60,999 nucleotides of DNA. It comes from Poseidonia sp. (GTDB lineage Archaea > Thermoplasmatota > Poseidoniia > Poseidoniales > Poseidoniaceae). The position numbers were made by a program, and so were the translations under genes. This document shows positions 55,601 to 60,999 of this stretch, in pieces; the first letter of the stretch is position 1; every line of letters starts with the position of its first letter. Location: assembly GCA_038124565.1 (NCBI GenBank), contig JAYPCE010000004.1, forward strand, positions 1-60,999, in the 5' to 3' direction. The notes beneath the pieces are model-generated. The model worked only from the letters and a program-made list of their open reading frames with translations. It ran no database searches and was not told the DNA's origin.

Positions 55601-58461
55601 TGCAAACCAACTGGCAGTGGAGTGTGACAGGTGACTGGAACATCAACGGAAGTTATCTTGAGAGCCAGGGAACTGGAGGTGATGTGGTGACGGGCGAAGT
55701 ACGCCTTCAGTTGCCACCCAATGCTGTTCCCAAACGCCATGCGTTTGTTGGTATTGACGCCATGGATGGAGATGCTCAATTCAATGCAACGCTCCAAGTC
55801 CTCCAGATTTTCCGGGCAAATGTTTCCATCCTCGACCCACTCCCTCCAACGGGTGAATCCATTCTTTCTCTCAACGTCAGCGAACCTCAACGTTTCCTTT
55901 TGTTCTTAAGCAACCCCGGAAACGGCGTTGACACATTCCAGTTACAAGCAACGGTGTCTTCGGACCAACCCGAGTTCAATCCCGATGTTTCATTCACGTA
56001 CTACGACCCCGTGAAAACACTAGGTGCATTGGCCACAGGCATTGGAACGGTGGACATCACACTCTCCGAAGAAACCCCTGCTTTGACACCATTTACGCTG
56101 ACCTTCACGTGGTCCTCAGAGGGTGCTGAACATGCTGTTGACAGTATGAGTGTTGAGATTCAAGCGGCACCAAGTCATGAATGGCAGGTGACTCCTCTCA
56201 ATGGAACGACACTTGAAGGACGACCTGGTGAAATCGCACATGTCCAGTTGAATCTCACGAACTTCGGGAATGCTGTAGACTCCCTCTTGCTTGTTCCTAC
56301 GCTTGACGCGCAGCTTGCAGGCAACGACGCTTCAATATGGAGTGCTGATTCAGTGGGAGTTTCTAACCTCGCCATTAACGAGAGCACCATGATTGATTTC
56401 AGCATTGAAATCCCCGCTCAATCGTGGGCGGGTAGCAGTGTGACCATTACGCTTGCACACATGACAAGCGGCTACACCATCGGTGAAACGGCACTGACGC
56501 TTGATGTCGTGGCCGTTTCAGGGTGGAGGTTGAACCTGACCGGTGCTGACCTTGAAATTGCACCAGGCGGGGAAAATCTCACGCTCCAGCTCGTTCATAC
56601 CGGAAACGCATACGAGACGGCATATTTCACCAAAGCCGGTGCGGGTTGGAACATCACCCTGCCCGATGCAAGTCTTGACATTGCTCCATTTACGACGACA
56701 AGCTTCATCGTTTTTGTTCAACCACCAGAAAACGCGATTGCTGGAGAAATTGGCGTCTTGCAGATTCGCATCACAGGCAACGATACGAGTGGCATGATAG
56801 AAGAAGAGATTCCGGTTAAAGTAGGAGCACAACCTCAACTGCATATTGACCACCGAAGTGCGTGGAAGGTCAACAACCTCGGTGGCTTTCCGACAGCATG
56901 GGTTGAAAATCAGGGCAACGATATCGCAATTCTATCCCTCGATGTCGCCGACCTTCCCGAAGGCTGGTCCACACAACAAGGAAGGCAACTCGTACTGGCC
57001 CCCGGTGAAATCGCAGGACTGCCTTTGGAATTGATTCCGGCTTCGGATTGGAATCAGCAGCGATTCTTGGTGACCATCAACATCCATCATCCGATTTTAG
57101 GAACCCTCCCTCATAGCATTGAAGTCGAGTATTCTGCGGTCACCTTCGCAGATACCCCCGTTCGCGATGCCTATGTTGGCGCACAACAATCCGTAGCCTA
57201 CCACGACACCTCGGGTCAACAAGTGACGTTCTCCAGCAACATCGATCTCTCGGTTTTAGACGGTGAATTGAAGTTTATTCAACCCTCTACAACGGGTCAA
57301 CAGGTCATCACATTCGCTTCAGAAAGTGGACAAGGCAACATTTCAATCTACACGGTTTCACGAACATATCCGGATGCTGAAATTGACTGTGACTTCCTCC
57401 CTTCGGTGTATGATAGACTCGGAATGGAGGCACTCCAAGGTGTCGTAGCCACATGCACCCTGACTGCAGGAAGCAGTGATGATTTGAGAGCCGTGCTCAC
57501 ATTGACAACTTCAACCGGCGAGCGTGTCAGTCTTGCCGACGACCGATGGACCGTGTCAGCCGGCATGACCGAGAGCGTCAACATCAGCATCGAAAATTGG
57601 GACCCGGACGCTGGCATCTTCTCTTTACAATTACGAGGCTATGACCAATTCGGGCGAGCCTTGGAATCCATGCAACAAGAAGTCATCGCACGTGAGAGCG
57701 GTTGGAACATTGGAATCAATTCGCTCTCAACCGACGGCGACATCCGAGTTGGGATTAAGCGAACAGGGTATGAACTCTTGACAGAGGCCGTCTGTGAACT
57801 CACGGTTGTCGCCTCTGGCGGATGGGAAACTACCTACATTGTTGATGTGGCCTATGCAGATTTTGCACCGGTTATTTCCATCGACAATCCGAGGCAAATT
57901 GAGAAGGATGAGCGAATTACAGTCAGCATCGCCTGTAGCCTACCGTTCGATATTGACGACAATCCCGATGATGATTCAATGAGTGCGTATTACAAGCCAG
58001 AAAGCATCTTGACCGTGTCATCCAACGAGGTTGGCTGGATTATCGGTATCGCCGCCGTTCTCTTTGCAGCGGCTTGGTTTGGAGGATTTATTCGTCCTGC
58101 GCAAGTTTCCAGTGCTTTACCAAGGAATGCATCCAAGCCAACGACCAGACGCCAACCATATGAGGGAAATGGCGAAAGCGAGCCTCAAGCGGAGACGCAA
58201 CAACAAGAAATTGAAGATGTCTCTATTGAACAAAGCCAGGATGGCAAAGAACAACCTCCAGAAGAAGCCTTTGATGAGGAAAGTCAACAGGCGCAAATGG
58301 ACCTCATCGAGGTCATTGAAGCCCCACCCACCGCAGACGAGACACCTGCAGACGCCAGTGGCCGATTGGCGTCACTTCGCCAAGAAATGGGGACAGAATC
58401 TCCGACTGAGCGAGAGGGTAAACTCGAAGACCGCATGAAACGATTCTTCGGAGATGATTGA
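52687..58461 (+). CDS. Giant (1924 aa) secreted surface protein: FG-GAP/VCBS-like beta-propeller, CARDB domain, multiple Ig-like/CARDB-like repeats, C-terminal TM anchor and acidic tail
   Basis: The signal peptide is LLAVGLSLLMVLVLFVPLS. Propeller blades are DMDDDGHQEIIVVYD, LELDGTPELVLAVVDD, LDIDGEGTPEILVGFG and ADVDGDGHIDVLYGD. CARDB is PGDTVTVTAQFSNIGTSEA...NNNITEQREDNN. The C-terminal TM helix is VGWIIGIAAVLFAAAWFGGF, followed by a Glu/Gln-rich tail. Confidence 0.85.
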   Translation: MMSVKPCCPRGNSLLAVGLSLLMVLVLFVPLSHPSPLTNEQMPQPTSGQDTWNAYEQPWAQYARTPTHNQSVPDHGPDGGPGNGNISDVTELATLEHPTINWQVFDTGDGSDAYGSVIGDFSQSISATEAAVERCGAGTLFPVMISSSTADGTWESFLNIVSGNDAKVAWRVSLGVTEPIRSTPIIHDMDDDGHQEIIVVYDTQGALNIDVWSPRLTCTESNWQTSGHSNELVWSYADADVRIASPSPHFQTENSGHKAVTQPLLADLELDGTPELVLAVVDDPENNPSVYLNAYTLTNAQPSAEDWSVNLDRGTHPSDPVWAQLDSSTSSVLLTTIDSNSGNMWIWKIDGSTGSLDWERVAVQGTDSDADAPRLRLPGPVITQLDNDAAPEMILTVPTDANGRTSGSGARFIGMEITSTTEVFNFRAQNGYADAQPLPLDTDDDGISDRLCWVTWYSESTVSFNRKGMLGCTDISGSSPVNEWIRDLQRGSGNDNDEIAASPPFWLDIDGEGTPEILVGFGRRLWAFDGDTGASADINNEWSTPLSMPHRVWTAPALADVDGDGHIDVLYGDTLVSTRGVDLAPSFDNRGLSFNPAQADPGDTVTVTAQFSNIGTSEADDDVDAAILMNGVEIGRERFTSSEPVAPTAEGGPLTFTAEFTAQLGVHMFELVLDVNNNITEQREDNNRAQASFSVVEPYVAELDGPLQTPRVLPGGSEQVDITVTSTGSRTAEWSLSVETNDLPNDWTFAPLVGQSMSFELVPQTPLNLAFEAFVPSSALGDEAGVVSFLLYLTSDPTINTTLELPIEVFRTRGLDLSGPTGLNASNGQGRPGEVAAAWFMVENLGNAQETTTSITWTAPSWGGSPSIHDAQGAQLFSITLNPGETKELFAHLPTPASAAYGTTTQSTLTLCMGSGEDQLCESMPFTFTSQKFVLEPTHHRSLPAANLSWTLTGTLPTNGMVQWSMVEMGMMQTNWQWSVTGDWNINGSYLESQGTGGDVVTGEVRLQLPPNAVPKRHAFVGIDAMDGDAQFNATLQVLQIFRANVSILDPLPPTGESILSLNVSEPQRFLLFLSNPGNGVDTFQLQATVSSDQPEFNPDVSFTYYDPVKTLGALATGIGTVDITLSEETPALTPFTLTFTWSSEGAEHAVDSMSVEIQAAPSHEWQVTPLNGTTLEGRPGEIAHVQLNLTNFGNAVDSLLLVPTLDAQLAGNDASIWSADSVGVSNLAINESTMIDFSIEIPAQSWAGSSVTITLAHMTSGYTIGETALTLDVVAVSGWRLNLTGADLEIAPGGENLTLQLVHTGNAYETAYFTKAGAGWNITLPDASLDIAPFTTTSFIVFVQPPENAIAGEIGVLQIRITGNDTSGMIEEEIPVKVGAQPQLHIDHRSAWKVNNLGGFPTAWVENQGNDIAILSLDVADLPEGWSTQQGRQLVLAPGEIAGLPLELIPASDWNQQRFLVTINIHHPILGTLPHSIEVEYSAVTFADTPVRDAYVGAQQSVAYHDTSGQQVTFSSNIDLSVLDGELKFIQPSTTGQQVITFASESGQGNISIYTVSRTYPDAEIDCDFLPSVYDRLGMEALQGVVATCTLTAGSSDDLRAVLTLTTSTGERVSLADDRWTVSAGMTESVNISIENWDPDAGIFSLQLRGYDQFGRALESMQQEVIARESGWNIGINSLSTDGDIRVGIKRTGYELLTEAVCELTVVASGGWETTYIVDVAYADFAPVISIDNPRQIEKDERITVSIACSLPFDIDDNPDDDSMSAYYKPESILTVSSNEVGWIIGIAAVLFAAAWFGGFIRPAQVSSALPRNASKPTTRRQPYEGNGESEPQAETQQQEIEDVSIEQSQDGKEQPPEEAFDEESQQAQMDLIEVIEAPPTADETPADASGRLASLRQEMGTESPTEREGKLEDRMKRFFGDD

Positions 58462-58509
58462 TGCTAGGGCAATGCAAGGGCTTAACCCAAAAGGCGTTCC
58501 GCCCCGTTC

Positions 58510-59196
58510 ATGGACGAAAAAACTGTGTCGTCAACGACGCCGTTTTACACCTTGGATGCGTTCAACGGTGGCCTTGCAGGCGAACTGATGACGGCGATTG
58601 AGCAGGCACATCAAGGTGACACCAACACATGGGAGCAATTGATTGAGCGAGAGGAGTCGCTCGCACAACGGCTTGAGGAGCAAGGAATTCCTCAGCCAAA
58701 CCAATTTTTCTCAATTACCTGGGACAGCGCGACCCTGTTGTTCACTTCATGTGTGGAATTGAACTCAGATGGACGTCCTACCCCGATCGGGGAACACCTG
58801 ACTCGGGAACGATTCGGAAGATTTCCTCACGGAAATGGTTCTGCTTTGGAGTATTTGTTGGAATATATCCGTCCCAACAGAAGCATCACAGAACACGACG
58901 GTGAGAGCATCTACACAGAATTGCTGGATGGTCTGAACCAATTATCACAAGGTTGCCGAGAATCCTATCGGGGTCATGGGATGTTCGAGGATGGTTTTGG
59001 GGGCATGAAGATTCGTGGATTTTTATCAGCTACAGAAGTTCAAAGGCTTCGTAAGAACCTTTCAAGCCGCGCATGGACAGCATCCTATGACGAGCCTCTT
59101 GATGGTGGCGTGGCTGATGTGACAAAGCACCTCGTAGCGTTACTCAAAGCGGCAGAGAGGCGCCGGGTAGGTTTGGCTTTTCGAACCCACCAGTGA
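58510..59196 (+). CDS. Hypothetical protein
   Basis: A 228-aa ORF with an ATG start, 48 nt after the giant gene. No recognisable motif. Confidence 0.5.
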   Translation: MDEKTVSSTTPFYTLDAFNGGLAGELMTAIEQAHQGDTNTWEQLIEREESLAQRLEEQGIPQPNQFFSITWDSATLLFTSCVELNSDGRPTPIGEHLTRERFGRFPHGNGSALEYLLEYIRPNRSITEHDGESIYTELLDGLNQLSQGCRESYRGHGMFEDGFGGMKIRGFLSATEVQRLRKNLSSRAWTASYDEPLDGGVADVTKHLVALLKAAERRRVGLAFRTHQ

Positions 59197-59198
59197 AT

Positions 59199-60104
59199 CT
59201 AGAAGGTTTGCGATGTCAGGCGCTCATACATCGATGCATAGAGCGCTGCTGTCTCATCAATCACCGATTGGGGTAAAGCAGGGATGGGCGGCTCTTCCGT
59301 TCCAGCATCCCGAGCTGCCTTGAGATTGGCTTGATGACCGGTCTCAATATAGTGGGCTCGGACAAATTCTTTGGAGAGTTCAATGCATTCGCCGTTTGCA
59401 TATGCTTCAGCATCCCACCAGCGGTCTTCGTCCAAGGTGCCGAATGTGTCCACCAAAACCACCTCACGATTCGTACCAAGTGCAAACTCTTTCTTTCCAT
59501 CTACATGGATGAGTCCATTCTTCGCCGCCTCCCGCTCAATGATTTCATCAACCGCAAGAGCAGCAGCCACAATGGCTTCGTATTCTTCATCAGTGATGTT
59601 CGAAATTTCAAGCGCTTCTTCCCGTCCAATATTTCGGTCAAAGGTCTCGAACTTCGTCGTTACCTCAACGAAGGGTTGGGAGAGTTTTACGCCGTATTCA
59701 CAATCAGCGGCAACGCCAAGTGCCTCGGCCGATAACTCTCCACGTTGAAAGCGACGCCAAGCAGAACCAGAAAGATAGTGCCGAACAATCACTTCAAGGG
59801 GCACGAACACCCATTCCATGTCTCGTGGAATGGCACCAGGTTCTTTGATGACCTTGACCTTGCGTACAAGGCACCGATCGGCGTGGTTGACCTCAATCAA
59901 GTGAGTTTTGCAAATTCCTGCCTCTTCAACGAGGTTAAACCAATGGGCTGTCGTCCGGTTTAACGATTCACCCTTACGAGGAATCAGTGATGGGATAATT
60001 TGGTCGAACACAGAAATTTGATTGGTAAACCGGAATTCCAACACTTCAGGGTCATCGGTTGACCACACTTGCTTCACTTTGCCTTGATAGAGCATTTCGC
60101 CCAT
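59199..60104 (-). CDS. purC: Phosphoribosylaminoimidazole-succinocarboxamide synthase (SAICAR synthetase)
   Basis: From the ATG at 60104 the protein begins MGEMLYQGKVKQVW.... Other blocks are ISVFDQIIPSLIPRKGESLN, PLEVIVRHYLSGS and LVDTFGTLDEDRWWD. Confidence 0.9.
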   Translation of the reverse strand: MGEMLYQGKVKQVWSTDDPEVLEFRFTNQISVFDQIIPSLIPRKGESLNRTTAHWFNLVEEAGICKTHLIEVNHADRCLVRKVKVIKEPGAIPRDMEWVFVPLEVIVRHYLSGSAWRRFQRGELSAEALGVAADCEYGVKLSQPFVEVTTKFETFDRNIGREEALEISNITDEEYEAIVAAALAVDEIIEREAAKNGLIHVDGKKEFALGTNREVVLVDTFGTLDEDRWWDAEAYANGECIELSKEFVRAHYIETGHQANLKAARDAGTEEPPIPALPQSVIDETAALYASMYERLTSQTF

Positions 60105-60160
60105 GGTAGGTCTCCGCTGAAAACGGCCTTTGAACCTTTCATTGCGTCTTGATGAGGTGT

Positions 60161-60823
60161 TCAAAGGAAGCCCAATGCGTCTTCAATACGGTTCAACTCA
60201 GGTCCTGTCGTTTGCGTACCGCTAAGCGCTCCAGTATTGGATGCACAAACTCCTGCACCAACATAGGGTGAACCAAACGACACAGTCCCGACCATAGGCT
60301 TCACCCCCAACACTTCCTCAATCAACATGGCTTCGTCAGGGGTGACATCGGGATGAAGCAAAACACCGTGATCATTTGCTGCTGCAAGACTTCCAACGAC
60401 ATCCTGGCCCGCAACGGTGGTGGAGGCAACATCAACTGCAAGCACCTCCGCTAGAATTTCAAGGCCTTCGTGAGGAATGCTTGGTGAGGCAACAGCACCT
60501 TGTTCGTTGATGACGAGGAGGTTTCCTGCCGTGTTAACACCTCCCTCCATGACAACCACATCTCCATAGGAGGTGAGGCGGTCGATGTCTCCATCCGTTG
60601 CGATATCCGCTACAGCAATGCCGCGACTGTTGCCACACACCAGCGCACCCACCAAGTTTGAACCTCCGATAGAGAGTGGTTGCATTTCAAGCGACAACGT
60701 GGCTTCAATGGTTTCGAGGACGGGTGTTGGCAATTCAGGGGGATGGAACACAACTCCACCGACAGCAGCGAGGTGAATGCCTACTTGGTCACTGCCGAAG
60801 ATGTCAACTGTATCTATCGGCAT
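60161..60823 (-). CDS. eif6: Translation initiation factor 6 (aIF6)
   Basis: A 220-aa ORF with the five-fold pseudo-repeat pattern (GSDQVGIHL, GGSNLVGALVCGNSRG, GVNTAGNLLVINEQG, GQDVVGSLAAANDHG, GSPYVGAGVCASNTG). Confidence 0.9.
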   Translation of the reverse strand: MPIDTVDIFGSDQVGIHLAAVGGVVFHPPELPTPVLETIEATLSLEMQPLSIGGSNLVGALVCGNSRGIAVADIATDGDIDRLTSYGDVVVMEGGVNTAGNLLVINEQGAVASPSIPHEGLEILAEVLAVDVASTTVAGQDVVGSLAAANDHGVLLHPDVTPDEAMLIEEVLGVKPMVGTVSFGSPYVGAGVCASNTGALSGTQTTGPELNRIEDALGFL

Positions 60824-60886
60824 GTTCTCGTCTCCAGCGGGTGTTGCGAGTCCTAAAAGGTGATGCTCAGTAGGTCCGTGGAACGC

Positions 60887-60918
60887 AAAAAAGGCCGGCC
60901 TCCATCGGAGGTCCGGCC
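60887..60918 (-). terminator. GC-rich hairpin followed by T6 on the minus strand (terminator of a gene lying beyond the window end)
   Basis: Minus strand: GGCCGGaCCTCC-GAT-GGAGGCCGGCC then TTTTTT. It lies immediately after an in-frame TAA (60919-60921) that closes a frame open to the window edge, and about 65 nt upstream of the aIF6 start. Confidence 0.45.
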
Positions 60919-60999
60919 TTAAGCGCCCTTACGGGGTCGAGGAAACCCGAGGTGAAAAGAGAGGGGCACAGTGACTTCCTTTCCCGTGGACTCTCGTAC

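Noticed and set aside
1-60999. An integrated mobile element or provirus (integrase, transposase, capsid or terminase genes)
   Set aside because: No ORF shows integrase or transposase catalytic motifs or virion gene patterns. The only mobility hint is the tRNA-Ser 3' repeat, plus the compositional shift at the PolB block.
60922-60999. Calling the partial minus-strand frame at the window edge as ribosomal protein L31e or L39e (expected upstream of aIF6 in many archaea)
   Set aside because: Only 26 codons are visible, and they do not resemble the L31e or L39e C-termini I recall. This is insufficient for any call.

Overview
This is a compact, roughly 61 kb archaeal chromosomal segment. Almost all of it is coding, and several neighbouring genes overlap at their ends. 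Archaeal origin follows from the hallmark genes aIF6, ribosomal proteins S24e and S27ae, Spt4, RpoE', DtdA, RtcB, an archaeal-type AlaRS/ValRS and geranylgeranyl reductase. The acidic proteome and giant Asp-rich surface proteins suggest a marine planktonic Thermoplasmatota/Poseidoniales-like organism; that placement is inference only. I call about 45 protein genes: housekeeping genes (glyA, serA, purC, alaS, valS, rtcB, pepP, sufS-like, proline dehydrogenase, aminotransferase); four very large secreted or anchored surface proteins carrying TSP3, PKD, FG-GAP or CARDB repeats; an RND/MMPL exporter; and several unknown membrane proteins. The RNA genes are tRNA-Thr(GGU) and tRNA-Ser(GGA). A 30-nt direct repeat of the tRNA-Ser 3' end lies just downstream of that gene. 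I found no CRISPR array, integrase or transposase. The most interesting locus is 26.4-31.1 kb. It holds a catalytically intact-looking Y-family polymerase (DinB) divergently paired with a degenerate RecA-fold, ImuA-like ORF. These sit next to a family-B DNA polymerase whose three exonuclease motifs and part of motifs B and C are degenerate. A small translationally coupled ORF precedes that polymerase. The arrangement resembles a PolB-based counterpart of the bacterial ImuA-ImuB-DnaE2 mutasome. The locus also appears richer in G+C and in Arg/His than its surroundings. All functional calls come from reading motifs by eye; no database search was run.
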